The notes: generated from the letters alone by a model not told the origin. Shown: positions 42,715 through 53,736, counted from the stretch's first letter. The stretch: 54,464 nucleotides of DNA from Betaproteobacteria bacterium UBA3031 (GCA_002367635.1 DFDI01000073.1:1-54464); one strand, 5' to 3'. Numbers and translations are program-made.

Positions 42715-43470
42715 GTGAACATCGGGTTAGTGATTATTGGGGATGAGATTCTTTCGGGAAGACGAAAGGATAGGCATCTTGAAAAGTCGATTGAAATTCT
42801 TCACGCGCGTGGACTTAAGGTTACCTGGGTTAGTTATCTGCCTGATAGTCCTGAGTTATTGACGCAAACGTTCACACGCACCTTGAGTTCAAATGATGTG
42901 ATTTTTAGCTTTGGTGGTATTGGGGCAACGCCAGATGATTATACGAGACAATCTGTTGCGGACGCCCTTGGCGAAGATGTCATTGTGCATCCTGAAGCGA
43001 AGCTAGAAATAGAGAGTCAGTTTGGAAAGGATGCTTATCCAAATCGAATCAAAATGGGTATGTTCCCGAAGGGCTCTAGAATTATTCCCAATGCCTTTAA
43101 TCGTATCCCTGGTTTCAGTATTCGGCGGCACCATTTTCTGCCCGGATTTCCGTCGATGGCTTGGTCTATGATGGAGTGGGTGCTAGATCATGAGTATGCG
43201 GACCAACACGTGCAAGACCGTGACATCGAGCGATCAATACTTATTTTGGATGTGCCCGAGAGTACTTTGATTCCGTTAATGGATGAGTGTCTTGAACTGT
43301 TTTCTGGATGTAAAGTTTTTAGCTTGCCGACTATCACCGATGACAGGAAGCGTCGCGTCGAATTGGGAGTCAAGGGTAATAAGGATGTCGTGGATTCGGC
43401 TTTTGCATACATTAAAAAGATGGTTAGCCAACTTGATTGCAAGTGGGAAGAGCTAGCCCCGAGACTTTAG
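42715..43470 (+). CDS. CinA-like / molybdopterin-binding domain protein
   Basis: IIGDEILSG, FGGIGATPDDYT, LPGFP. Confidence 0.88.
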   Translation: MNIGLVIIGDEILSGRRKDRHLEKSIEILHARGLKVTWVSYLPDSPELLTQTFTRTLSSNDVIFSFGGIGATPDDYTRQSVADALGEDVIVHPEAKLEIESQFGKDAYPNRIKMGMFPKGSRIIPNAFNRIPGFSIRRHHFLPGFPSMAWSMMEWVLDHEYADQHVQDRDIERSILILDVPESTLIPLMDECLELFSGCKVFSLPTITDDRKRRVELGVKGNKDVVDSAFAYIKKMVSQLDCKWEELAPRL

Positions 43471-44351
43471 TTATCTGCCTGCCTGGAGTTGATAGCCGAT
43501 GTGTCCCAATGTTTACTAGCCCAGATCAAAATTTCTTCAATACTCGAACTAAGAAGCTCTGGCGGCAGATTCTGATGCAGGAACCTTAAGGCATCAATCA
43601 GTACTTTTTTTGGCGCTTTTGCATTGATTGGTCCGGCTTTATTTTGTTTTGAGAGTTTCTGTCCTGCCTCGTTTTTTACAAGAGGCAAATGCAAGAAGCT
43701 TGGAGTCATTTGTCCTAGCGCTCTTTGTAGTTCGGCTTGCCTGAGACTGGAACGCAATAAATCTCGTCCTCTCACCACATGAGTAATGCCTAATCTGTGA
43801 TCATCAAGCACGCTTGCTAAATGATATGAAGGGGTCCCATCAGCCTTAAACACTACGAAGTCACCCGAGGTGACATATAAATCTTCAGCAATTAGGCCTT
43901 GCCCGATATCGTTAATGGTTATTGTGCATGGTTGACGGAGATTGAAGCGGTGGTTTCTGATGGTTTGATTTTCAGTGAAATGGAATTTGCAATGGCCACT
44001 ATAAATCCAGTCCCCATCCTTAAAAACAGAATGTTCTCGAAGTGTTTTTCTGCTGCAGCTGCAGGGATATACATCGTCTTTTCTTGATAGGGCATGCAGC
44101 CATTCGCCATAGTATTTTTTTTGCCGACTTTGGTAGATGGGTTGTGCATCCCAGTGCAGTCCAAGGGACTCTAGGGTGCGAAGGATGTCTGTATCTGCGC
44201 CGTCAATATTTCGCTCTTCATCTAAATCATCGATTCGAATGATCCATCGTCCGTCATTAAATTTAGCGTCACAATAACTACCAATCGCAGTAACAACTGA
44301 TCCGAAATGTAGCGATCCAGATGGGGTTGGGGCAAAACGTCCAACGTACAT
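43467..44351 (-). CDS. gluQ: tRNA glutamyl-Q(34) synthetase GluQRS
   Basis: RFAPTPSGSLHFG, CSCSR..YSGHC Zn site, THVVRGRDL, KLSKQ; 294 aa with no anticodon domain. Confidence 0.92.
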   Translation of the reverse strand: MYVGRFAPTPSGSLHFGSVVTAIGSYCDAKFNDGRWIIRIDDLDEERNIDGADTDILRTLESLGLHWDAQPIYQSRQKKYYGEWLHALSRKDDVYPCSCSRKTLREHSVFKDGDWIYSGHCKFHFTENQTIRNHRFNLRQPCTITINDIGQGLIAEDLYVTSGDFVVFKADGTPSYHLASVLDDHRLGITHVVRGRDLLRSSLRQAELQRALGQMTPSFLHLPLVKNEAGQKLSKQNKAGPINAKAPKKVLIDALRFLHQNLPPELLSSSIEEILIWASKHWDTSAINSRQADN

Positions 44352-44364
44352 CTTTGATTGTTTA

Positions 44365-44703
44365 CTAAGCTTGAGCGCGCATAATGCGCACGGAATTAAG
44401 CAGGAAGAAGAAAAGGAGTAATGACAAAATTATTTCACCAATCGCCATCACCCTGAAGGTGCCGATTTCAGCATATGATCGAACGACACCCTCTATGAAG
44501 TAAGGAAAAACGATTAGAACGGTATATTGATGCGTGCGTAAATCATTGCGCAGAATCCCTAGCAGCGGTAATACAATAGGTACGCTTTTGAGTATCAGCC
44601 AGGAGCCTTCTGGGTTGAGTGGTGCCGTATATCCTTCCCAGATTAGACACCATAGACTCAAGACAATGAGTCCTCCGCTTGTAAGTATTTGGTGAGGGCG
44701 CAT
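44365..44703 (-). CDS. DUF2069-family membrane protein
   Basis: LIWE...APL.P.GSW.ILKSVP, YFIEGVVR; ATG 44703 overlaps the wrbA stop (TAATG). Confidence 0.8.
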   Translation of the reverse strand: MRPHQILTSGGLIVLSLWCLIWEGYTAPLNPEGSWLILKSVPIVLPLLGILRNDLRTHQYTVLIVFPYFIEGVVRSYAEIGTFRVMAIGEIILSLLLFFFLLNSVRIMRAQA

Positions 44704-45317
44704 TAGTTTTGGGGGCTCGTTTCGTGATGATCTAGTTTTTGGGCAATGATGGCTAGATGTCTCCCTTGCGCGATACAAAGGGATTTTTCTTCTTCTGAGA
44801 TTGGTAATTTACCCTCTGGTCCTGCGAAATGGCTGGACCCATAAGGTGTTCCACCGGTAAGCGTCGTGTGTAATTCTCGTTCGGAGTAAGGAACTCCAGT
44901 TATGACCATTCCGAGATGTATTAGAGGAAACATCATTGTGGCCAGTGTAATTTCTTGACCGCCATGCATGGAGGATGAGGACGTGAATACAGTGGCCGGT
45001 TTCCCAACTAGCGCACCTTCGTGCCAAACGCCACCCAATTGATCTATGAAATATTTCATAGGGGCAGCCATATTCCCAAAGCGTGTAGGGCTTCCCAGCG
45101 CTAATCCAATGCAATCACGTAAGTCATCAACTTCAACATAAGGTGAACCTTTGTCTGGAATTGCTGCTGCCGTTTCCCCAATATTGGAAGAGACAGGCGG
45201 GACGGTTCTTAAACGTGCAGCAACACCTGGCACCATCTCGATCCCTCGAGCGATCAGTTTCGCCATTTGTTGAACGCTGCCGTTTCTAGAGTAATACAGT
45301 ACAAGGATTTCGGGCAT
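44703..45317 (-). CDS. wrbA: NAD(P)H:quinone oxidoreductase WrbA
   Basis: YYSRNGSV, LGSPTRFGNM, HGGQE, GGTPYGSS. Confidence 0.93.
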   Translation of the reverse strand: MPEILVLYYSRNGSVQQMAKLIARGIEMVPGVAARLRTVPPVSSNIGETAAAIPDKGSPYVEVDDLRDCIGLALGSPTRFGNMAAPMKYFIDQLGGVWHEGALVGKPATVFTSSSSMHGGQEITLATMMFPLIHLGMVITGVPYSERELHTTLTGGTPYGSSHFAGPEGKLPISEEEKSLCIAQGRHLAIIAQKLDHHETSPQN

Positions 45318-45335
45318 TGTAATCTCGGTCGCCTC

Positions 45336-47057
45336 TTAAGTGGTAGTTTGATTTAGCCTATGAATAATCTCATCCAAAGCGGTATTGCTGGCGATCGGAG
45401 AGGTTTCACCAGTTTGTCGATTTGTCCATTCAAGCTCTCCGTTGTTGATTCCTCGCTCGCCTACCGTCAAACGATAGGGAATCCCAATTAACTCTAGATC
45501 CGCGAACATCACCCCCGGCCTTTCACCGCGGTCGTCAAGTAAAACTTCGACGCCTTGTTTTAATAATGCTCCTTCAAGTTTGTCACAAAAATGCTTAACT
45601 AATTCGCTTTTGTTGTATCCAATAGCTGCAATAGCAATGCTAAATGGGGCAATCGATCGTGGCCACACGATACCTTTATCATCATGACCTTGTTCGATTG
45701 CTGCAGCCACTATCCGCGATACACCAATCCCGTAGCAACCCATTTCAGCTGGCTTACTTTTTCCTTCGTTGTCAAGATAATGACATTTCATGGCTTCAGA
45801 ATATTTTGTCCTGAGTTGGAAAATGTGACCGACTTCAATGCCCCTACATATTTCTAGATTTCCCTTCCCGTCTGGACTCGGGTCCCCTGCCTGTACGTTT
45901 CGGATGTCTGCAATTTCTATTTCGTTGCGAATGTCTTGTTTAAAATTAACCCCGGTCAAATGAAAGTCACGCTCATTAGCACCACAGGAAAAGTTGGACA
46001 TTGATTGAGTGGCACGATCGGCAATAATTCGAATCTTGAGATCGACGTCTACTGGCCCAATAAATCCGATAGGGCAGCCTAAGTGTTTCTGCACCTCTTC
46101 ATCAGTTGCAAATCGGAACTGGCCCATACCTTCAATCTTTGTTAACTTTATCTCGTTAAGTTTATGGTCGCCCCTGAGCAGCAGCAAGACGAACTGGTCG
46201 CTTGCCATTACCCCAAGGGACTTAAGAACGTTAGATATAGGAATGCTGAGCGTTTTGGCTACGTCTTCGCACTTTCCTGCATCAGGGGTTGCTATTTTGA
46301 CAATCGGTTTTTTGATTTGAGGCTCATCAGCCGGCAGTGCGATGGCTTCCGCAAGCTCAATGTTTGCAGCATAGTCAGATTGAGGGCAGTAAGCGATCGC
46401 ATCTTCGCCAGAATCAGCGAGCACATGAAATTCGTGCGATCCGGTGCCACCGATTGCCCCGGTATCTGCAGCCACCGCACGATATTGTAAACCCAGACGT
46501 TCGAAAATCCGACAATAGGTCTCAAACATATTTTGATATTCACGCTGAAGGTCAGAAAAGTCTGTGTGAAACGAGTAAGCATCTTTCATGATGAACTCGC
46601 GCGCACGCATAACGCCGAATCTAGGCCGAATTTCATCTCTAAATTTTGTTTGAATTTGGTATAGGTTAACGGGAAGTTGACGGTACGACTTAATCTCTTG
46701 TCGTGCAATATCCGTAATGACTTCTTCATGTGTAGGCCCAAAGCAGAATTCTCTTTCGTGACGATCTTTTATTTTTAGCATCTGCGCGCCAAAAAGTTCC
46801 CATCGACCAGATTCTGACCACAGTTCAGCCGGTTGGATTGCAGGCATGAGTAATTCTAGAGCTCCCGCTCGCTCCATTTCTTCTCGTATGATGTTTTCGA
46901 TTTTTTTAAGGACTCGAAATCCAAGAGGGAGCCATGAGTAAAGACCGCTACCTAGTTTCTTTATAAGGCCTGCTCTAAGCATTAACTGATGCGATGTGAG
47001 TTCCGCTTCACTTGGTGCTTCTCGCAGTGTATTTAGGAAAAATTGAGTTAAACGCAT
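45336..47057 (-). CDS. proS: Proline--tRNA ligase (with INS editing domain)
   Basis: [42 protein letters not shown]. Confidence 0.98.
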   Translation of the reverse strand: MRLTQFFLNTLREAPSEAELTSHQLMLRAGLIKKLGSGLYSWLPLGFRVLKKIENIIREEMERAGALELLMPAIQPAELWSESGRWELFGAQMLKIKDRHEREFCFGPTHEEVITDIARQEIKSYRQLPVNLYQIQTKFRDEIRPRFGVMRAREFIMKDAYSFHTDFSDLQREYQNMFETYCRIFERLGLQYRAVAADTGAIGGTGSHEFHVLADSGEDAIAYCPQSDYAANIELAEAIALPADEPQIKKPIVKIATPDAGKCEDVAKTLSIPISNVLKSLGVMASDQFVLLLLRGDHKLNEIKLTKIEGMGQFRFATDEEVQKHLGCPIGFIGPVDVDLKIRIIADRATQSMSNFSCGANERDFHLTGVNFKQDIRNEIEIADIRNVQAGDPSPDGKGNLEICRGIEVGHIFQLRTKYSEAMKCHYLDNEGKSKPAEMGCYGIGVSRIVAAAIEQGHDDKGIVWPRSIAPFSIAIAAIGYNKSELVKHFCDKLEGALLKQGVEVLLDDRGERPGVMFADLELIGIPYRLTVGERGINNGELEWTNRQTGETSPIASNTALDEIIHRLNQTTT

Positions 47058-47164
47058 TTTGGCTAATTATCTTGATAAGAAACGATCATTCTATCCCGAT
47101 GAAAAAAAGTTATGTGGTTAAACTGCCCGTACAATGATGAGTTAGTCAATAAGCAGAGAATAGT

Positions 47165-47941
47165 ATGTTTAGAAGGATAGGATTCTTTCGCAATGCTCGG
47201 AGTGAGTCCGAGGTTGAGGTCAGCGAGTCTCGGGGTATTAGAAGCTTATGTCTGGGCAGCAGCACGGTTCAAAGCTCTATGAAGTTGACGGATCCGTATG
47301 AGCTCGTTCTTGATTATACCCAGGCCATGATGTCATTTATGCTTTTTCATAACCAAGTGCGAAGTGTGGCTTGCATCGGTTTAGGGGGAGGGTCCATGCC
47401 GAAATTTATTTGGAAAAACCTACCTGACGTTAAGGTGTCCGTGGTAGAAAATTCGGAGCAAGTTATTAATGTGGCGCGCCAATATTTTTTTGTTCCGGAT
47501 GATGATGAGCGGTTATCCGTGATTCATGCGGACGGGTTGGAATGGATTGTCGATGCGGGACAGTACGATGTAATTATGCTTGATGCGTTTGACGCGTTCG
47601 GGGTGCCCGGAGGATTTGTTGATGACGAATTTACGCACCGTGTTAAAAATTGCTTAGCTCACGATGGGATTTATATTCAGAATTTATGGTCAAGTGACCC
47701 ACAGTTGAAGTCAAGAATCCGGAAAATTGAATCCTATTTTGATCAAATTGCATTAGTACCCACCCCCAAAGGTGGCAACATAGTGGCACTCGCTTTTCGT
47801 TCTGGGCCTACGGCGGCTCAATTATCCAAGATTGACCGGTTGGCGCGAGGCCTAAAGCAATCGTTAGGCTTAGATTTTGATGCCATGTTGGACCGCATGC
47901 GATCGTTCCAGTCATCCCAGGAAAAAAAACTTTCTATCTGA
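47165..47941 (+). CDS. Spermidine synthase-like SAM-dependent transferase
   Basis: VQSSM, IGLGGGS, HADG, YDVIMLDAF. Confidence 0.8.
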   Translation: MFRRIGFFRNARSESEVEVSESRGIRSLCLGSSTVQSSMKLTDPYELVLDYTQAMMSFMLFHNQVRSVACIGLGGGSMPKFIWKNLPDVKVSVVENSEQVINVARQYFFVPDDDERLSVIHADGLEWIVDAGQYDVIMLDAFDAFGVPGGFVDDEFTHRVKNCLAHDGIYIQNLWSSDPQLKSRIRKIESYFDQIALVPTPKGGNIVALAFRSGPTAAQLSKIDRLARGLKQSLGLDFDAMLDRMRSFQSSQEKKLSI

Positions 47942-48006
47942 TCGCCTAGGAGTCCAATAAGTATGTAAAAATACATTTATTATTGAATTTGACGGGAGCT
48001 TTGATC

Positions 48007-48501
48007 ATGATTGATCGAGATGGTTACCGTCCGAACGTGGGTATTATTCTTTGCAATAAACGTAATGAGGTTTTTTGGGGGAAACGCGTGCGGGAGTATG
48101 CGTGGCAATTTCCGCAAGGGGGTATACAACAAGGAGAGTCCCCTGTGCAAGCGATGTACCGAGAGCTGGACGAGGAGGTCGGGCTTGAGCCTCATCATGT
48201 AAAGATTATCGGACGGACTAGTGGATGGCTGCGTTACGATGTTCCAAGGCAATTTGTGCGCCGGGAGACTCGAGCGTCATATAAGGGGCAAAAACAAATA
48301 TGGTTTTTATTACGCTTGGTCGGACGTGATAGTGATGTGTCGTTAAGAAAGTCTGAGGTGCCAGAGTTCGACGCGTGGCGTTGGCACCCATTTTTCGTTC
48401 CCCTGGACTCTGTTGTTGATTTTAAACGAGAGGTCTATAAGCAGGCATTAGTGGAGTTGTCGCCCCATTTAAAGCTGAGGCCGCCGCGTACTTATCAATA
48501 A
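48007..48501 (+). CDS. rppH: RNA 5'-pyrophosphohydrolase
   Basis: [49 protein letters not shown]; ATG 48007. Confidence 0.96.
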   Translation: MIDRDGYRPNVGIILCNKRNEVFWGKRVREYAWQFPQGGIQQGESPVQAMYRELDEEVGLEPHHVKIIGRTSGWLRYDVPRQFVRRETRASYKGQKQIWFLLRLVGRDSDVSLRKSEVPEFDAWRWHPFFVPLDSVVDFKREVYKQALVELSPHLKLRPPRTYQ

Positions 48502-48511
48502 AATTTAGTCT

Positions 48512-49522
48512 TCATTGGTCAGTGCGCACGTCCAAAATAATTTTTCCGATGTGTTGACTTGATTCCATAAGCCGATGCGCTTCAGCTGCATTTTCGAGTG
48601 AGAAGGAAGCGAAGATGAGTGGTTTGATGACTTTATTTTCGAGTAGTGGCCAAACTTTTTTAGCAAGGGACGCAGCGATATTGGCTTTGAACGACGCGGC
48701 TCTCGGGCGCAGTGTCGAGCCAGTCACAGTCAGTCTTCTTCTAAGAATATCAGTCATATTCAAATTGGTTTTAACGCCTCCTAAAAAAGCGATAATCACA
48801 ATTCGACCATCATCAGCTAAGCACTTTAGGTTACGTTGTAGATAGTCGCCTGCGACCATGTCGACGATAATATCGACACCCCTATCATTGGTAAGAGCCA
48901 TCACGCGTTCCACGAAATCTTCATCGTTGTAGTTGATTGCCTTAGTTGCACCAATAGTTTCACAAGCGCGACATTTCTCGTCTGACCCAGCAGTTACGAA
49001 TACCTCATGCCCAAAAGCCCGACATAATTGTATGGCCGTGGTTCCAATGCCGCTTGATCCACCATGAACGAGAATAGTTTCTTGCCCGCATAGTCCAGCT
49101 CGGTCAAACACATTGGACCAGACCGTGAAATAGGTTTCAGGAAGGGACGCAGCTTCCCGTAAACTAAGCCCGTTAGGAATCGGTAGGCATTGTGTGGCAG
49201 GTGCGCTAACGTATTCAGCATATCCTCCTCCAGCCACAAGTGCGCAGATTGGATCGCCAATTTTCCATTGAGTTACGTGCTTGCCGATTGCAACAATAAG
49301 CCCCGATACTTCTAAACCTGGAATGTCTGTTACTCCGGGTGGTGGTGGATAAAGGCCTGCCCGTTGCATGATGTCGGGACGATTGATCCCCGCGGCGTGA
49401 ACGCAAATCAGTACCTCATAGTCGGTAATTTGTGGGACAGGCCGCCGCGTTAACTTTAAAACATCGGGTTTGCCTGGTTTGGTTACCTCGATGGCGCGCA
49501 TTGTTTGTGGTAACTGTTGCAT
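48512..49522 (-). CDS. NAD(P)H-quinone oxidoreductase (PIG3/zeta-crystallin MDR family)
   Basis: AGINRPD..QRAG.YP, PGLEVSG, HGGSSGIGT, HIGKIIL. Confidence 0.92.
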   Translation of the reverse strand: MQQLPQTMRAIEVTKPGKPDVLKLTRRPVPQITDYEVLICVHAAGINRPDIMQRAGLYPPPPGVTDIPGLEVSGLIVAIGKHVTQWKIGDPICALVAGGGYAEYVSAPATQCLPIPNGLSLREAASLPETYFTVWSNVFDRAGLCGQETILVHGGSSGIGTTAIQLCRAFGHEVFVTAGSDEKCRACETIGATKAINYNDEDFVERVMALTNDRGVDIIVDMVAGDYLQRNLKCLADDGRIVIIAFLGGVKTNLNMTDILRRRLTVTGSTLRPRAASFKANIAASLAKKVWPLLENKVIKPLIFASFSLENAAEAHRLMESSQHIGKIILDVRTDQ

Positions 49523-49636
49523 TAGCTGTCCTGTTATTTATGGGGAGTATGTGGGTGTTCCGGCATTGATTCTACAGATTAGATAAGATCAAGGTGATTT
49601 CAATGAAAGGCGGAATATCTTGGGAGGTAACGATTG

Positions 49637-50638
49637 ATGGAATATTGCTCACTGGGTGCTAGTCAACTTAAAGTTTCGAAGCTATGCCTCGGTACGATGA
49701 CTTTTGGGGCTCAAACAGACAAGTCTGAGTCGGATCGGATTGTATCTTCAGCTAAGGATAACGGAGTCAATTTTATTGATACCGCTGACGTGTATGTGCA
49801 AGGTGAGTCTGAACGCATTGTCGGAGCACTTATTAAGTCGTCGAGAAACTGGTGGGTCTTGGCGACAAAGGCTGGACAAACGATGGTCGACTTGCCTAAT
49901 CAGGGCGGGCTTTCAAGAAAGTGGCTGACTCAATCTGTAGATCAAAGCTTAGAGAGATTAGGAACAGATTATATTGATGTGTTTTATCTTCACCGTGACT
50001 ACGAGCCCGAATCCTTGATTGATGCGGTCACCACAATGGGTGACATGATTCGAGCGGGCAAGATTCGTTATTTCGGCCTGTCTAACTTTAGAGGCTGGCG
50101 AATTGCTGAAGTGTTAATGCTTTGCAAAGAGTTTGCGGTGCCTCCACCAATTGTGTGTCAGCCCTATTACAATGCTGTCAACCGAATGCCTGAGGTTGAA
50201 ATTCTTCCCGTATGTAAGCGATTCGGTATTGGAGTCGTTCCGTTTAGTCCGATTGCTCGGGGTGTATTGACAGGAAAATACGAGGTGGGACAGATGCCTA
50301 GTGAAGGTACGCGCGCGGGCAGAAAAGATAAACGAATGATGGAAACCGAGTTTCGTGTTGAGTCCATCAAGCTCGCTAAGGACTTTGTTTGTTATGCGCA
50401 AGAGAAGGGAGTTACTCCTGGACAATTCGCGGTGGCATGGGTTTTAGCGAATCCGATTGTGAATAGTGTGATCGGTGGCCCTAGAACATTCGAGCAATGG
50501 GAAGATTATTACGGTGCTTTATCTATTCAAATCAACGTGGATGATGAGCGGTTTGTAGATCATTTGGTCGCACCCGGACATCCATCAACGCCTGGATATA
50601 CTGATCCGATTTTTCCGGTTACGGGTAGATCAGTATAA
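49637..50638 (+). CDS. Aldo/keto reductase
   Basis: CLGTMTFG, IDTADVY, LATK, DYIDVFYLH, FSPIARG. Confidence 0.92.
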   Translation: MEYCSLGASQLKVSKLCLGTMTFGAQTDKSESDRIVSSAKDNGVNFIDTADVYVQGESERIVGALIKSSRNWWVLATKAGQTMVDLPNQGGLSRKWLTQSVDQSLERLGTDYIDVFYLHRDYEPESLIDAVTTMGDMIRAGKIRYFGLSNFRGWRIAEVLMLCKEFAVPPPIVCQPYYNAVNRMPEVEILPVCKRFGIGVVPFSPIARGVLTGKYEVGQMPSEGTRAGRKDKRMMETEFRVESIKLAKDFVCYAQEKGVTPGQFAVAWVLANPIVNSVIGGPRTFEQWEDYYGALSIQINVDDERFVDHLVAPGHPSTPGYTDPIFPVTGRSV

Positions 50639-50684
50639 AACCAGTGATTGATGTGTGTTGACTAGTTTATTCTGCTTTGAGCCC

Positions 50685-51908
50685 TCACCCAAATGCTGGA
50701 AACTCATCAAACCGATGTCTGAGCACTTGTTCGTGAGCTTCTAGCCCCATCCATCCGCTGATGGCGGTTGCGTACACTTGTCTGAAGTCTGTGGTGTGAA
50801 GCATGTTGCCATCATTGAGGTTAGTCAGGCTGGGTAGTTCACCATAATGCCCCCCTTTAACGCTATTGCCGATGAGGTACATGTTATTTGCTGTGCCATG
50901 ATCTGTGCCTAAATTGGTATTTTCAGCAACTCGCCGTCCAAATTCAGAAAACACAAGCATGACGACATCATCTGCTCGCCCAATGCGATCCATGTCCGTG
51001 AAAAATCCAGAAACCGCATCTGAGAAGTAAGTTAAGAGCCGTTGGTGGAGGTTTGGCTGTTGCACATGCGTATCGAATGCATTATGTCTAAACGAAGTGT
51101 AGTAGAGACGCGTATTCATATCGGCATTGATCAAGGCTGATATTTTGTTAAGGTCCAGTGGGGAGATTCCATAGTCGACGGGGGTGCTGTAGCTCTCACA
51201 AGCGGATTTCACTTTCTCTGAAGCCTGTCGAGCGCTCTTGGCTAGGTCTAACAGACGTCGTTGTGCTGTAGTGCTGTTTTCGGTGGCAGCACGGTCGGTA
51301 TCCAGCAGTGGTCTCGATCGAAATAAACCTTTTCTGCCGAATTCCTTTGGGTCATCAAACACAACAGGGACATGGTTTTTAGCTACAACTGCCAATGATT
51401 GAGTCGCATCTATATTCACCAGGTAGTTCGGCGTTATTGCAGGGTCTAGGGAGTCAGCAAGTCGTCCAACCCAGCCTAAAGACCCTCCGCTATTGGGAGA
51501 TGCGGTTTGCCAATAAGCCATTGAGGTAAAGTGTGAATAAGACGGTTGGTCATAGCCGCAGCCATGGAATATAGCCATGTTCCCGTCCTTGAACAGCCGT
51601 TCCATGCCTGACATGTCAGGATTAAAACCAAAGTGTTCGTCGATTTTTCTGACCTTATTTGGTTTAATCCCGAGCGTTGGTCGATGTCTGTAGTAAGCGT
51701 CATCGCCATAGGGGACTAAAGTATTTAAGCCATCGTTTCCTCCTGAGAGTTCCAGTACGACAAGAATTTTGTTGCTGAGCGGATTATCGCTCGCAAAGGC
51801 CAAGGGAGAGAGTTGCGAAAGAATGGGGATAGATAGGCCGCTAGCAGCCGCACCTGCGCCCATGAGTTTGAGGAAGTCTCTACGTTTAAATTGGTATTTT
51901 TTACTCAT
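50685..51908 (-). CDS. DUF1501-family protein, Tat-exported
   Basis: Tat signal KRRDFLK; GGNDGLNT, FDTH, FSEFGRR, GTDHG, DFRQVY. Confidence 0.88.
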   Translation of the reverse strand: MSKKYQFKRRDFLKLMGAGAAASGLSIPILSQLSPLAFASDNPLSNKILVVLELSGGNDGLNTLVPYGDDAYYRHRPTLGIKPNKVRKIDEHFGFNPDMSGMERLFKDGNMAIFHGCGYDQPSYSHFTSMAYWQTASPNSGGSLGWVGRLADSLDPAITPNYLVNIDATQSLAVVAKNHVPVVFDDPKEFGRKGLFRSRPLLDTDRAATENSTTAQRRLLDLAKSARQASEKVKSACESYSTPVDYGISPLDLNKISALINADMNTRLYYTSFRHNAFDTHVQQPNLHQRLLTYFSDAVSGFFTDMDRIGRADDVVMLVFSEFGRRVAENTNLGTDHGTANNMYLIGNSVKGGHYGELPSLTNLNDGNMLHTTDFRQVYATAISGWMGLEAHEQVLRHRFDEFPAFG

Positions 51909-51921
51909 TAACGGTCCTTGG

Positions 51922-53736
51922 TTAGCCGAGTTGGTATTCAGGTAGAGATAGAAGTAAATGGAACGTTTCTCGCAGCGCTTCTTCTGAAAACGTTTTCGCT
52001 TCCGGAATGTTATCGGTGCCGAGCTGCTGAGTGAGGAAATCGGCGATTTGCTGTCTCGTGCCTTGATCTATGGAAACCGAGAAAAACCTATTGATTAAAT
52101 AGTTAATTGCATCCTCTGATGTTTGGCAATTGGCGTCGAGAACGAGCTTTGTTATATTTAGTCTGGCAGGAGCTCTGCTAATCGGCTTTACTTTCTCTAT
52201 TGCCGTTCTCCATCCGCGATAACTTCCTAGCCGCGTATTAAATTCCTCATCACGGTCAACCATGTTATTGGAGGCTGAGGTTGCGTAACCGTCCTCTGGC
52301 TGCGTCGCAGTTGCGATATCAGCACCTGCTGCAAGTCTTTCCGCAACAACTCCAATTTGGTAGTTGTCTGGATATCGATCGCTGGGCAGGAAATTGATAT
52401 TTGGAAACACAGTGTCGTATACGAAGTTACCGCGCGCCAGGAGTAAACCGGGTGTCACCCAACTCTGCCCCCCAGCCCAACCGGCGACAGTGGGTGGGAA
52501 TAGCAACATTTGCCCAAGTGATTCGGTTGTGTCGTAAAAGTCTGGAACCCCAGGAATAAGATCCAGGCCTAGTTTTTTATATGTTGAAATGACTAGTTCG
52601 ACGGGCGATTTGATATGCGTCCCCATTGATGCCGAGCTGTAAAAATCTTTAGATAAGAATATTTTCTCTAATAATGGTTTGATCTCATATTCTGAGTTTT
52701 TTAAAACCGCACCAAGTTCTTTTTTTATTTTAGGGTCAACGTTGTCACGCACAAAGAATTTGTAGAGCTTCCCGGAAATATATTCAGCAGTAACAGGTTT
52801 TTCCAGAATCATATCGATGACGTCTAGTCCATCCCAATTGCCCGTATTTCCAAAGAATATTTTATCAGACGAATCGTGTTGCTCAGTATTAACGACAAAT
52901 TGAAGATCAATATAATTCCAGCCTGTGAATGCGCGGGCTGCCTCTCGAATGTCCTCCTCTGTGTATTGACCCACTCCCATGGTGAAGAGCTCCATGATCT
53001 CGCGAGCAAAGTTTTCATTTGGTGAGCCTTTAACGTTCACGCCGGCATCCAAAAATGAAAGCATTGCTGGATCTTGAGAGACTGCTATAAGTAATTGTTT
53101 AAAGTTAGCCGTTCCATATTCACGGAAAACCTGATTTTGATTCAGTAGTTTTCGATAATCACGAACTTTCTCTTCATTAGTCGCAAAGTGCCCGTGCCAG
53201 AAAAGCGCCATTTTTTCTTCTAGGGGGCGTTTGCTAAGGAGCATGCGATTTGCCCACCAATGCGCAACGCGACGAGTTTCCAACATGCTGGCGCGTAACC
53301 AGTAAAAGAAGCGATCAACCACGGGTTGGAGTCGACGATTTCCGCTGGGTTTGACTTTGACTCCTATGGCCTCACCGGTTTCTTTAGCGAGTTTGGTAGC
53401 TGCGGGTCTTGATGCTGGAAAGGGTTCAATGCCATCGTCGTGTATGTTTGAGTGATCGAATTCAGGCAGGGGGTTTGGGATGTATTCATAATAAAGAAGT
53501 TCCCGAACAGCAGCTCTCGGCCCCATCGAGACCAGTCGTTCAATGTTCTTCGGGTTATCACCAAAGCCACCACGCTCGATAAGGTGCCGAGCCTTAGCAT
53601 AGTCCCACTCATGCTCAGGTATTGGTTCAAGATTGTTGACCCAATCGTTGTCATCGGCCGAAGAAATCGATACCGAGAGCACAATCGCTAAGGAGGCTAA
53701 CGTCATGCTAAGAATTTTTTCAATGTTAGCGTTCAT
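51922..53736 (-). CDS. DUF1800-family protein, Sec signal
   Basis: FWHGHFAT, PNENFAREIMELFTMG, AARAFTGW, IKSPVE, PPTVAGW, PEYQL; signal peptide ending SISSA. Confidence 0.88.
   Translation of the reverse strand: MNANIEKILSMTLASLAIVLSVSISSADDNDWVNNLEPIPEHEWDYAKARHLIERGGFGDNPKNIERLVSMGPRAAVRELLYYEYIPNPLPEFDHSNIHDDGIEPFPASRPAATKLAKETGEAIGVKVKPSGNRRLQPVVDRFFYWLRASMLETRRVAHWWANRMLLSKRPLEEKMALFWHGHFATNEEKVRDYRKLLNQNQVFREYGTANFKQLLIAVSQDPAMLSFLDAGVNVKGSPNENFAREIMELFTMGVGQYTEEDIREAARAFTGWNYIDLQFVVNTEQHDSSDKIFFGNTGNWDGLDVIDMILEKPVTAEYISGKLYKFFVRDNVDPKIKKELGAVLKNSEYEIKPLLEKIFLSKDFYSSASMGTHIKSPVELVISTYKKLGLDLIPGVPDFYDTTESLGQMLLFPPTVAGWAGGQSWVTPGLLLARGNFVYDTVFPNINFLPSDRYPDNYQIGVVAERLAAGADIATATQPEDGYATSASNNMVDRDEEFNTRLGSYRGWRTAIEKVKPISRAPARLNITKLVLDANCQTSEDAINYLINRFFSVSIDQGTRQQIADFLTQQLGTDNIPEAKTFSEEALRETFHLLLSLPEYQLG

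Noticed and set aside
44704-44778. N-terminal extension of DUF2069 in the ORF track (likewise the long starts for rplO, nhaB, rppH, hrpA and the barrel)
   Set aside because: Upstream starts overlap neighbours or lack an SD; downstream starts match family N-termini or coupling signals.
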